In this document: one piece after another, positions 1 to 14,600 of the stretch
Layout: each line of letters starts with the position of its first letter
How positions within the stretch are numbered: position 1 is the stretch's first letter
Origin: Nemertoderma westbladi
Taxonomy: Eukaryota; Animalia; Xenacoelomorpha
DNA: 64,000 bases
Direction: 5' to 3'
Assembly: GCA_032718475.1 (NCBI GenBank)
Contig: JAUCBJ010007601.1
Location: 1 to 64,000, forward strand
Position numbers and translations under genes: made by a program
The notes under the pieces: model-generated
Database searches by the model: none
Seen by the model: only the letters and a program-made list of their open reading frames with translations
Told to the model about the DNA's origin: nothing

Positions 1-2612
1 AGTAGATAATGTAGACTTAGCTAATGTCATGCTACTAGATACTATACTAACTACTCTAGTCAACTAGCCTAGTCCAATAGCTACTAGTACTAGCTTCAAC
101 TAATCTGTACTAGACTAGACTATAAGACTCATCAGCTAACACATCCTACTACCATACTTCACAACTCCTCCTCCCCCACTCTCCATACTACTACATACTT
201 CACAACTCCTCCTCCCACTCTATACTACTACCATACTTCCACAACTCCTCCTCCCACTCTCCATACTACTACATACTTCACAACTCCTCCTCCTACTCTC
301 CATACTACTACATACTTTCACAACTCCTCCTCCACTCTCCATACAGACTACATACTTCTCACAACTCCTCCCTCCCTACTCTCCATACTACTACCTACAT
401 ACTTCACAACCCCTCCTCCCACTCTCCATCACTACTACATACTTACAACTACCTCCTCCCTACTCTCCATACTACTACATACGTCACAAACTCCTCCACT
501 CGCTACTCTCCATACTACTACATACTTCACAACTCCTCCTCCCTACTCTCCAATACTACTACAATACGTTACAACTCTCCTCCCTACTCTCCATACATAC
601 TACTACATACTTCACAACTCCTCATCCCTACTCACCATTCTTACCCCAAACATTTTCCCTAACCCCTTCACCCATTCATTACAAACTCCCCACCTTTTAT
701 ATACATAATTCCATACCACCCCACTCCCCAACTAAACCACCTTACTAATCCCACACTCTTTACCTACCAATCTCCTTCAATCAACAACAATCACAATCAA
801 CACCCATAAACCCCCTCCCCAACCCCCCTCACACCATCCCCCACTACACCAAACTTACACCACAATAACCAACCCAAACCTACCAACTCACTCAACAACT
901 CCCTACACCCCTAACCAACACCCAACCCACCCTAACCAACAACTCACCCCAACAACAACAAACCCATCTCATACACACCAATACACCTACTACCAAACAA
1001 CCTCACCCCTCACAAACAAACTACACCACACTCACCAACACCTAACCTCAACCCCACACCAACATCAAACACTACAACACAAACACAACACAACCAACAC
1101 ACCCACCACCCCCACCACCCCACCCAACCACACCCAACCCACCAACCACACACCCCCAACCACCCCCAACACCCACCCCACCCAACCCACACCCAACCCC
1201 CCCCCCAACCCAACACCACCCACCCACCACCACCCCCACACCCCACCACCCCACCACACCCACCCCACCAACCCACCCCACACACCAACCCCACACCCCC
1301 AACCCACCCCCACCACAACCCACCACCCACCACACCCACCACACACCCACACCAACCCCACACCCAACCACCCCACCCCACCCCACCACACACCCACACA
1401 CCACCCACCAACCACCAACCACACCCATCCACCTACCCAACCACACACCACCCCTCACTACCACCACCCCACCAACTCACAACCACACAACACCAACCCA
1501 ACAACTCTCCAACACCCCCAACCACCACCCCACCAACCACAACCCACAACTACCCACTCCCAACCACCACACACCCACCTCAACCCACCCACCCTCACAC
1601 TTCCAACTCCCTACCCTCATCTCCCACTACTTCCCACACCCTCCCACTCTTCCCTCACTCCCTCACACACTCCTCTCAACTACTCCTCCCTACTAACACA
1701 ACCAAACTAAAACACAAACACTTCACCCAACCCCCACCTCCTCACCTCACACATACTCTACACCAACCATACACATACTACCTAACACATTATCTACTCT
1801 TACCTCAACATCACCCACAACTTTAACTATACCCCCTTTTCTATTCTAAACACAAACCAACAAATTCCATCCCCCACCTATCACTAACCCTAACAACCCC
1901 TTAACCATTAACCCCACCCCCACATCACCATCTCCAACAATCATTCCCCACTTCCCAACACCCCATACCAACTTCATCACAACCCCAACACTTACATAAT
2001 AACCTACCACAAAAATCTCAAAACAAATACCCCCCTAAACATCCACCAACCACCACCACCACTACTTTCCAACAACCAACTACTAACCCTCATCATACTC
2101 CACCAATAACCTCAAATCTAACTTCAACCTCCTCTTCACCCTCCTTCCCATCCAATACCTCAACTCACCAAACATCAACTAATCCAACTCCCCTCAATCC
2201 CCTAAAACTTCCAACCAACAACACTACAACCATAACTCCTCACCCTACAAACCAACAACAACATCATACAACACTCTACCATACCCTACACACCAACACT
2301 ATCACTAACACATCTACCTACACACATCCAAACACTACATCAACCACGTACCTACACCTCAACAACAGCCATACTCAATCACTACACCATCAAACTACAA
2401 CTCCCTCAGAACAACCATCCAACTACACATCAGCCTAACACTACAATCAACCAGCAACCACTCACTCCCTAACCTACATACAAACTCAACTAGCATCGTA
2501 CAACAACCGACTCCACAACACACCATCAACGTCCTAACTAGTCCAACAACATCCTACCTAACTAGCATCTACTCAGCCTACCAGTACCTAACACTCATCA
2601 CAGCTACTAACA
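1..2612. other. Anomalous low-complexity C/A-rich segment, probable sequencing or consensus artefact at the array edge
   Basis: No G seen from 569 to 2347. Only A and C from about 1074 to 1427. Composition recovers gradually into the satellite at ~2350-2620. The first 14 nt are the reverse complement of part of the satellite monomer. Confidence 0.6.
146..632 (+). repeat. Degenerate ~39-40 bp tandem repeat (CTCCATACTACTACATACTTCACAACTCCTCCTCCC(T)ACT), about 12 copies
   Basis: The unit recurs at ~181, 221, 260, 298, 381, 465, 508 and later, with many single-base indels. It shares TACTACTACAT and roughly the period of the 41-bp satellite but lacks G. Confidence 0.7.
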
Positions 2613-5600
2613 AGGCTACAGTACTACTACATTATCTACTGCATCGTCTAATAGGCCTACAGTACTACTGCATTATCTACTGCATCGTCTAATAGCCCTA
2701 CAGTACTACTACACTCTCTATTGCATCGTCTAATAGGCCTACAGTACTACTACATTATCTATTGCATCGTCTAATAGCCCTACAGTACTACTACACTCTC
2801 TACTGCATCGTCTAATAGGCCTACAGTACTACTACATTATCTACTGCATCGTCTAATAGGCCTACAGTACTACTGCATTATCTACTGCATCGTCTAATAG
2901 GCCTACAGTACTACAGCATTATCTACTGCATCGTTTAATAGGCCTAAAGTACTACTACATTATCTACTGCATCGTCTAATAGCCCTACAGTACTACTACA
3001 TTATCTACTGCATCGTCTAATAGACCTACAGTACTACTACACTCTCTATTGCATCGCCTAATAGGCCTACAGCACTACTACATTATCTACTGCATCGTCT
3101 AATAGGCCTACAGTACTACAACATTATCTACTGCATCGTTTAATAGGCCTAAAGTACTACTACATTATCTACTACATCGTCTAATAGCCCTACAGTACTA
3201 CGACATTATCTACTGCATCGTCTAATAGGCCTACAGTACTACAACATTATCTACTGCATCGTCTAATAGCCATACAGTACTACTACATTATCTACTGCAT
3301 CGTCTAATAGGCCTACAGTACTACTACACTCTCTATTGCATCGTCTAATAGGCCTACAGCACTACTACATTATCTACTGCATCGTCTAATAGGCCTACAG
3401 TACTACAACATTATCTACTGCATCGTTTAATAGGCCTAAAGTACTACAACATTATCTACTGCATCGTCTAATAGGCCTACAGTACTACTACACTCTCTAT
3501 TGCATCGTCTAATAGGCCTACAGCACTACTACATTATCTACTGCATCGTCTAATAGGCCTACAGTACTACAACATTATCTACTGCATCGTCTAATAGCCA
3601 TACAGTACTACTACATTATCTACTGCATCGTCTAATAGGCCTACAGTACTACTACACTCTCTCCTGCATCGTCTAATAGGCCTACAGTACTACTACATTA
3701 TCTCTGCATCGTCTAATAGGCCTACAGTACTACTACATTATCTACTGCATCGTCTAATAGGCCTACAGTACTACAACATTATCTACTGCATCGTCTAATA
3801 GGCCTACAGTACTACTACATTATCTCTGCATCGTCTAATAGGCCTACAGTACTACTACATTATCTACTGCATCGTCTAATAGGCCTACAGTACTACTACA
3901 CTCTCTCCTGCATCGTCTAATAGGCCTACAGTACTACTACATTATCTCTGCATCGTCTAATAGGCCTACAGTACTACTACACTCTCTATTGCATCGTCTA
4001 ATAGGCCTACAGCACTACTACATTATCTACTGCATCGTCTAATAGGCCTACAGTACTACTACACTCTCTATTGCATCGTCTAATAGGCCTACAGCACTAC
4101 TACATTATCTACTGCATCGTCTAATAGGCCTACAGTACTACAACATTATCTACTGCATCGTTTAATAGGCCTAAAGTACTACAACATTATCTACTGCATC
4201 GTCTAATAGGCCTACAGTACTACTACACTCTCTCCTGCATCGTCTAATAGGCCTACAGTACTACTACATTATCTCTGCATCGTCTAATAGGCCTACAGTA
4301 CTACTACATTATCTACTGCATCGTCTAATAGGCCTACAGTACTACTACATTATCTCTGCATCGTCTAATAGGCCTACAGTACTACTACATTATCTACTGC
4401 ATCGTCTAATAGGCCTACAGTACTACAACATTATCTACTGCATCGTCTAATAGGCCTACAGTACTACTACATTATCTCTGCATCGTCTAATAGGCCTACA
4501 GTACTACTACATTATCTACTGCATCGTCTAATAGGCCTACAGTACTACTACACTCTCTCCTGCATCGTCTAATAGGCCTACAGTACTACTACATTATCTC
4601 TGCATCGTCTAATAGGCCTACAGTACTACTACATTATCTACTGCATCGTCTAATAGGCCTACAGTACTACTACACTCTCTCCTGCATCGTCTAATAGGCC
4701 TACAGTACTACTACATTATCTCTGCATCGTCTAATAGGCCTACAGTACTACTACACTCTCTATTGCATCGTCTAATAGGCCTACAGCAGTACTACATTAT
4801 CTACTGCATCGTCTAATAGGCCTACAGTACTACTACACTCTCTATTGCATCGTCTAATAGGCCTACAGCACTACTACATTATCTACTGCATCGTCTAATA
4901 GGCCTACAGTACTACAACATTATCTACTGCATCGTCTAATAGGCCTACAGTACTACTACACTCTCTATTGCATCGTCTAATAGGCCTACAGCACTACTAC
5001 ATTATCTACTGCATCGTCTAATAGGCCTAGAGTACTACAACATTATCTACTGCATCGTCTAATAGCCATACAGTACTACTACACTCTCTATTGCATCGTC
5101 TAATAGGCCTACAGTACTACTGCATTATCTACTGCATCGTCTAATAGGCCTACAGTACTACAGCATTATCTACTGCATCGTTTAATAGGCCTAAAGTACT
5201 ACTACATTATCTACTGCATCGTCTAATAGCCCTACAGTACTACTACATTATCTACTGCATCGTCTAATAGACCTACAGTACTACGACATTACCTACTGCA
5301 TCGTCAAATAGCCCTACAGTACTACTACACTCTCTATTGCATCGTCTAATAGCCCTACAGTACTACTACACTCTCTATTGCATCGCCTAATAGCCCTACA
5401 GTACTACTACACTCTCTATTGCATCGTCTAATAGCCCTACAGTACTACTACACTCTCTACTGCATCGTCTAATAGCCCTACAGTACTACTACACTCTCTA
5501 TTGCATCGTCTAATAGCCCTACAGTACTACTACACTCTCTATTGCATCGCCTAATAGCCCTACAGTACTACTACATTATCTACTGCATCGTCTAATAGCC

Positions 5601-8600
5601 CTACAGTACTACTACACTCTCTACTGCATCGTCTAATAGCCCTACAGTACTACTACACTCTCTATTGCATCGCCTAATAGCCCTACAGTACTACTACACT
5701 CTCTATTGCATCGTCTAATAGGCCTAAAGTACTACAACATTATCTACTGCATCGTCTAATAGCCCTACAGTACTACTACATTATCTACTGCATCGTTTAA
5801 TAGGCCTAAAGTACTACTACATTATCTACTGCATCGTCTAATAGCCCTACAGTACTACTACATTATCTACTGCATCGTCTAATAGACCTACAGTACTACT
5901 ACATTATCTACTGCATCGTCTAATAGCCCTACAGTACTACTACATTATCTACTGCATCGTCTAATAGACCTACAGTACTACTACATTATCTACTGCATCG
6001 TCTAATAGCCCTACAGTACTACTACATTATCTACTGCATCGTCTAATAGCCCTACAGTACTACTACATTATCTACTGCATCGTTTAATAGGCCTAAAGTA
6101 CTACTACATTATCTACTGCATCGTCTAATAGCCCTACAGTACTACTACATTATCTACTGCATCGTCTAATAGACCTACAGTACTACTACACTCTCTATTG
6201 CATCGCCTAATAGCCCTACAGTACTACTACATTATCTACTGCATCGTCTAATAGCCCTACAGTACTACTACACTCTCTATTGTATCGTCTAATAGCCCTA
6301 CAGTACTACTACAATCTCTACTGCATCGTCTAATAGCCCTACAGTACTACTACACTCTCTATTGCATCGTCTAATAGCCCTACAGTACTACTACACTCTC
6401 TATTGCATCGCCTAATAGCCCTACAGTACTACTACATTATCTACTGCATCGTTTAATAGCCCTAAAGTACTACTACATTATCTACTGCATCGTCTAATAG
6501 CCCTACAGTACTACTACATTATCTACTGCATCGTCTAATAGACCTACAGTACTACTACACTCTCTACTGCATCGTCTAATAGCCCTACAGTACTACAACA
6601 TTATCTACTGCATCGTTTAATAGGCCTAAAGTACTACAACATTATCTACTGCATCGTCTAATAGGCCTACAGTACTACTACACTCTCTCCTGCATCGTCT
6701 AATAGGCCTACAGTACTACTACATTATCTCTGCATCGTCTAATAGGCCTACAGTACTACTACATTATCTACTGCATCGTCTAATAGGCCTACAGTACTAC
6801 TACATTATCTCTGCATCGTCTAATAGGCCTACAGTACTACTACACTCTCTATTGCATCGTCTAATAGGCCTACAGCACTACTACATTATCTACTGCATCG
6901 TCTAATAGGCCTAGAGTACTACAACATTATCTACTGCATCGTCTAATAGCCATACAGTACTACTACACTCTCTATTGCATCGTCTAATAGGCCTACAGTA
7001 CTACTGCATTATCTACTGCATCGTCTAATAGGCCTACAGTACTACAGCATTATCTACTGCATCGTTTAATAGGCCTAAAGTACTACTACATTATCTACTG
7101 CATCGTCTAATAGCCCTACAGTACTACTACATTATCTACTGCATCGTCTAATAGACCTACAGTACTACGACATTACCTACTGCATCGTCAAATAGCCCTA
7201 CAGTACTACTACACTCTCTATTGCATCGTCTAATAGCCCTACAGTACTACTACACTCTCTATTGCATCGCCTAATAGCCCTACAGTACTACTACACTCTC
7301 TATTGCATCGTCTAATAGCCCTACAGTACTACTACACTCTCTACTGCATCGTCTAATAGCCCTACAGTACTACTACACTCTCTATTGCATCGTCTAATAG
7401 CCCTACAGTACTACTACACTCTCTATTGCATCGCCTAATAGCCCTACAGTACTACTACATTATCTACTGCATCGTCTAATAGCCCTACAGTACTACTACA
7501 CTCTCTACTGCATCGTCTAATAGCCCTACAGTACTACTACACTCTCTATTGCATCGCCTAATAGCCCTACAGTACTACTACACTCTCTATTGCATCGTCT
7601 AATAGGCCTAAAGTACTACAACATTATCTACTGCATCGTCTAATAGCCCTACAGTACTACTACATTATCTACTGCATCGTTTAATAGGCCTAAAGTACTA
7701 CTACATTATCTACTGCATCGTCTAATAGCCCTACAGTACTACTACATTATCTACTGCATCGTCTAATAGACCTACAGTACTACTACATTATCTACTGCAT
7801 CGTCTAATAGCCCTACAGTACTACTACATTATCTACTGCATCGTCTAATAGACCTACAGTACTACTACATTATCTACTGCATCGTCTAATAGCCCTACAG
7901 TACTACTACATTATCTACTGCATCGTCTAATAGCCCTACAGTACTACTACATTATCTACTGCATCGTTTAATAGGCCTAAAGTACTACTACATTATCTAC
8001 TGCATCGTCTAATAGCCCTACAGTACTACTACATTATCTACTGCATCGTCTAATAGACCTACAGTACTACTACACTCTCTATTGCATCGCCTAATAGCCC
8101 TACAGTACTACTACATTATCTACTGCATCGTCTAATAGCCCTACAGTACTACTACACTCTCTATTGTATCGTCTAATAGCCCTACAGTACTACTACACTC
8201 TCTACTGCATCGTCTAATAGCCCTACAGTACTACTACACTCTCTATTGCATCGTCTAATAGCCCTACAGTACTACTACACTCTCTATTGCATCGCCTAAT
8301 AGCCCTACAGTACTACTACATTATCTACTGCATCGTTTAATAGGCCTAAAGTACTACTACATTATCTACTGCATCGTCTAATAGCCCTACAGTACTACTA
8401 CATTATCTACTGCATCGTCTAATAGACCTACAGTACTACTACACTCTCTACTGCATCGTCTAATAGCCCTACAGTACTACAACATTATCTACTGCATCGT
8501 TTAATAGGCCTAAAGTACTACAACATTATCTACTGCATCGTCTAATAGGCCTACAGTACTACTACACTCTCTCCTGCATCGTCTAATAGGCCTACAGTAC

Positions 8601-11600
8601 TACTACATTATCTCTGCATCGTCTAATAGGCCTACAGTACTACTACATTATCTACTGCATCGTCTAATAGGCCTACAGTACTACTACATTATCTCTGCAT
8701 CGTCTAATAGGCCTACAGTACTACTACATTATCTACTGCATCGTCTAATAGGCCTACAGTACTACAACATTATCTACTGCATCGTCTAATAGGCCTACAG
8801 TACTACTACATTATCTCTGCATCGTCTAATAGGCCTACAGTACTACTACATTATCTACTGCATCGTCTAATAGGCCTACAGTACTACTACACTCTCTCCT
8901 GCATCGTCTAATAGGCCTACAGTACTACTACATTATCTCTGCATCGTCTAATAGGCCTACAGTACTACTACATTATCTACTGCATCGTCTAATAGGCCTA
9001 CAGTACTACTACACTCTCTCCTGCATCGTCTAATAGGCCTACAGTACTACTACATTATCTCTGCATCGTCTAATAGGCCTACAGTACTACTACACTCTCT
9101 ATTGCATCGTCTAATAGGCCTACAGCAGTACTACATTATCTACTGCATCGTCTAATAGGCCTACAGTACTACTACACTCTCTATTGCATCGTCTAATAGG
9201 CCTACAGCACTACTACATTATCTACTGCATCGTCTAATAGGCCTACAGTACTACAACATTATCTACTGCATCGTCTAATAGGCCTACAGTACTACTACAC
9301 TCTCTATTGCATCGTCTAATAGGCCTACAGCACTACTACATTATCTACTGCATCGTCTAATAGGCCTAGAGTACTACAACATTATCTACTGCATCGTCTA
9401 ATAGCCATACAGTACTACTACACTCTCTATTGCATCGTCTAATAGGCCTACAGTACTACTGCATTATCTACTGCATCGTCTAATAGGCCTACAGTACTAC
9501 AGCATTATCTACTGCATCGTTTAATAGGCCTAAAGTACTACTACATTATCTACTGCATCGTCTAATAGCCCTACAGTACTACTACATTATCTACTGCATC
9601 GTCTAATAGACCTACAGTACTACGACATTACCTACTGCATCGTCAAATAGCCCTACAGTACTACTACACTCTCTATTGCATCGTCTAATAGCCCTACAGT
9701 ACTACTACACTCTCTATTGCATCGCCTAATAGCCCTACAGTACTACTACACTCTCTATTGCATCGTCTAATAGCCCTACAGTACTACTACACTCTCTACT
9801 GCATCGTCTAATAGCCCTACAGTACTACTACACTCTCTATTGCATCGTCTAATAGCCCTACAGTACTACTACACTCTCTATTGCATCGCCTAATAGCCCT
9901 ACAGTACTACTACATTATCTACTGCATCGTCTAATAGCCCTACAGTACTACTACACTCTCTACTGCATCGTCTAATAGCCCTACAGTACTACTACACTCT
10001 CTACTGCATCGTCTAATAGCCCTACAGTACTACTACACTCTCTATTGCATCGTCTAATAGCCCTACAGTACTACTACACTCTCTATTGCATCGTCTAATA
10101 GCCCTACAGTACTACTACACTCTCTATTGCATCGCCTAATAGCCCTACAGTACTACTACACTCTCTATTGCATCGTCTAATAGGCCTAAAGTACTACAAC
10201 ATTATCTACTGCATCGTCTAATAGCCCTACAGTACTACTACATTATCTACTGCATCGTTTAATAGGCCTAAAGTACTACTACATTATCTACTGCATCGTC
10301 TAATAGCCCTACAGTACTACTACATTATCTACTGCATCGTCTAATAGACCTACAGTACTACTACATTATCTACTGCATCGTCTAATAGCCCTACAGTACT
10401 ACTACATTATCTACTGCATCGTCTAATAGACCTACAGTACTACTACATTATCTACTGCATCGTCTAATAGCCCTACAGTACTACTACATTATCTACTGCA
10501 TCGTCTAATAGCCCTACAGTACTACTACACTCTCTATTGCATCGTCTAATAGCCCTACAGTACTACTACACTCTCTATTGTATCGTCTAATAGCCCTACA
10601 GCAGTACTGCATTATCTACTGCATCGTCTAATAGGCCTACAGTACTACAACATTACCTACTGCATCGTCTAATAGCCCTACAGTACTACTACATTATCTA
10701 CTGCATCGTCTAATAGCCCTACAGTACTACTACACTCTCTACTGCATCGTCTAATAGGCCTAAAGTACTACTACATTATCTACTGCATCGTCTAATAGCC
10801 CTACAGTACTACTACACTCTCTATTGCATCGTCTAATAGCCCTACAGTACTACTACACTCTCTACTGCATCGTCTAATAGGCCTAAAGTACTACTACATT
10901 ATCTACTGCATCGTCTAATAGCCCTACAGTACTACTACACTCTCTATTGCATCGTCTAATAGGCCTAAAGTACTACAACATTATCTACTGCATCGTCTAA
11001 TAGCCCTACAGTACTACTACATTATCTACTGCATCGTTTAATAGGCCTAAAGTACTACTACATTATCTACTGCATCGTCTAATAGCCCTACAGTACTACT
11101 ACATTATCTACTGCATCGTCTAATAGACCTACAGTACTACTACATTATCTACTGCATCGTCTAATAGCCCTACAGTACTACTACATTATCTACTGCATCG
11201 TCTAATAGACCTACAGTACTACTACATTATCTACTGCATCGTCTAATAGCCCTACAGTACTACTACATTATCTACTGCATCGTCTAATAGCCCTACAGTA
11301 CTACTACACTCTCTATTGCATCGTCTAATAGCCCTACAGTACTACTACACTCTCTATTGTATCGTCTAATAGCCCTACAGCAGTACTGCATTATCTACTG
11401 CATCGTCTAATAGGCCTACAGTACTACAACATTACCTACTGCATCGTCTAATAGCCCTACAGTACTACTACATTATCTACTGCATCGTCTAATAGCCCTA
11501 CAGTACTACTACACTCTCTACTGCATCGTCTAATAGGCCTAAAGTACTACTACATTATCTACTGCATCGTCTAATAGCCCTACAGTACTACTACACTCTC

Positions 11601-14600
11601 TATTGTATCGTCTAATAGCCCTACAGCACTACTACATTATCTACTGCATCGTCTAATAGCCCTACAGTACTACTACACTCTCTACTGCATCGTCTAATAG
11701 GCCTACAGTACTACTACATTATCTACTGCATCGTCTAATAGCCCTACAGTACTACTACACTCTCTATTGCATCGTCTAATAGCCCTACAGTACTACTACA
11801 CTCTCTATTGTATCGTCTAATAGCCCTACAGTACTACTACACTCTCTACTGCATCGTCTAATAGGCCTACAGTACTACTACATTATCTACTGCATCGTCT
11901 AATAGCCCTACAGTACTACTACACTCTCTATTGCATCGTCTAATAGCCCTACAGTACTACTACACTCTCTATTGTATCGTCTAATAGCCCTACAGCACTA
12001 CTACATTATCTACTGCATCGTCTAATAGCCCTACAGTACTACTACACTCTCTATTGTATCGTCTAATAGCCCTACAGCACTACTACATTATCTACTGCAT
12101 CGTCTAATAGGCCTACAGTACTACAACATTATCTACTGCATCGTTTAATAGGCCTAAAGTACTACTACATTATCTACTGCATCGTCTAATAGGCCTACAG
12201 TACTACAACATTATCTACTGCATCGTTTAATAGGCCTAAAGTACTACTACATTATCTACTACATCGTCTAATAGCCCTACAGTACTACGACATTATCTAC
12301 TGCATCGTCTAATAGGCCTACAGTACTACAACATTATCTACTGCATCGTTTAATAGCCCTACAGTACTACTACACTCTCTCCTGCATCGTCTAATAGGCC
12401 TACAGTACTACTACATTATCTCTGCATCGTCTAATAGGCCTACAGTACTACTACATTATCTACTGCATCGTCTAATAGGCCTACAGTACTACTACACTCT
12501 CTCCTGCATCGTCTAATAGGCCTACAGTACTACTACATTATCTACTGCATCGTCTAATAGGCCTACAGTACTACTACACTCTCTCCTGCATCGTCTAATA
12601 GGCCTACAGTACTACTACATTATCTCTGCATCGTCTAATAGGCCTACAGTACTACTACATTATCTCTGCATCGTCTAATAGGCCTACAGTACTACTACAT
12701 TATCTACTGCATCGTCTAATCGGCCTACAGTACTACTACACTCTCTATTGCATCGTCTAATAGCCCTACAGTACTACTACACTCTCTATTGCATCGTCTA
12801 ATAGGCCTACAGTACTACTACATTATCTACTGCATCGTCTAATAGGCCTACAGTACTACTACATTATCTACTGCATCGTCTAATAGGCCTACAGTACTAC
12901 TACATTATCTACTGCATCGTCTAATAGGCCTACAGTACTACTACATTATCTACTGCATCGTCTAATAGGCCTACAGTACTACTACATTATCTACTGCATC
13001 GTCTAATAGGCCTACAGTACTACTACACTCTCTATTGCATCGTCTAATAGCCCTGCAGTACTACTACACTCTCTATTGCATCGTCTAATAGCCCTACAGT
13101 ACTACTACATTATCTACTGCATCGTCTAATAGGCCTACAGTACTACTACATTATCTACTGCATCGTCTAATAGGCCTACAGTACTACTACATTATCTACT
13201 GCATCGTCTAATAGGCCTACAGTACTACTACACTCTCTATTGCATCGTCTAATAGCCCTACAGTACTACTACACTCTCTATTGCATCGTCTAATAGCCCT
13301 ACAGTACTACTACATTATCTACTGCATCGTCTAATAGGCCTACAGTACTACAACATTACCTACTGCATCGTCTAATAGCCCTACAGTACTACTACATTAT
13401 CTACTGCATCGTCTAATAGCCCTACAGTACTACTACACTCTCTACTGCATCGTCTAATAGGCCTAAAGTACTACTACATTATCTACTGCATCGTCTAATA
13501 GCCCTACAGTACTACTACACTCTCTATTGCATCGTCTAATAGCCCTACAGTACTACTACACTCTCTATTGTATCGTCTAATAGCCCTACAGCAGTACTAC
13601 ATTATCTACTGCATCGTCTAATAGGCCTACAGTACTACTACACTCTCTATTGCATCGTCTAATAGGCCTAAAGTACTACTACATTATCTACTGCATCGTC
13701 TAATAGCCCTACAGTACTACTACACTCTCTATTGCATCGTCTAATAGCCCTACAGTACTACTACACTCTCTATTGTATCGTCTAATAGCCCTACAGCAGT
13801 ACTACATTATCTACTGCATCGTCTAATAGGCCTACAGTACTACTACACTCTCTATTGCATCGTCTAATAGGCCTACAGCACTACTACATTATCTACTGCA
13901 TCGTCTAATAGGCCTACAGTACTACTACATTATCTACTGCATCGTCTAATAGGCCTACAGTACTACTACACTCTCTATTGCATCGTCTAATAGCCCTACA
14001 GTACTACTACACTCTCTATTGCATCGTCTAATAGCCCTACAGTACTACTACATTATCTACTGCATCGTCTAATAGCCCTACAGTACTACTACACTCTCTA
14101 CTGCATCGTCTAATAGGCCTACAGTACTACTACATTATCTACTGCATCGTCTAATAGCCCTACAGTACTACTACACTCTCTATTGCATCGTCTAATAGCC
14201 CTACAGTACTACTACACTCTCTATTGCATCGTCTAATAGCCCTACAGTACTACTACACTCTCTACTGCATCGTCTAATAGGCCTACAGTACTACTACATT
14301 ATCTACTGCATCGTCTAATAGCCCTACAGTACTACTACACTCTCTATTGCATCGTCTAATAGCCCTACAGTACTACTACACTCTCTATTGTATCGTCTAA
14401 TAGCCCTACAGCACTACTACATTATCTACTGCATCGTCTAATAGCCCTACAGTACTACTACACTCTCTATTGTATCGTCTAATAGCCCTACAGCACTACT
14501 ACATTATCTACTGCATCGTCTAATAGGCCTACAGTACTACAACATTATCTACTGCATCGTTTAATAGGCCTAAAGTACTACTACATTATCTACTGCATCG

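Noticed and set aside
1010-1467. Three overlapping minus-strand ORFs rich in G/V/W/C
   Set aside because: They arise because a G/T-only strand cannot contain stop codons. There is no protein-like signal and the region is probably artefactual.
630-2350. Canonical telomere (CCCTAA)n
   Set aside because: Only isolated CCCTAA words with no tandem periodicity, and G-containing satellite-like sequence lies further 5'.
2925-2955. Compensatory pairing between the linked GTTT and CCTAAAG variants around TAGGCCTA
   Set aside because: The two changed bases are not symmetric about the palindrome centre, so linkage is adequately explained by common descent.
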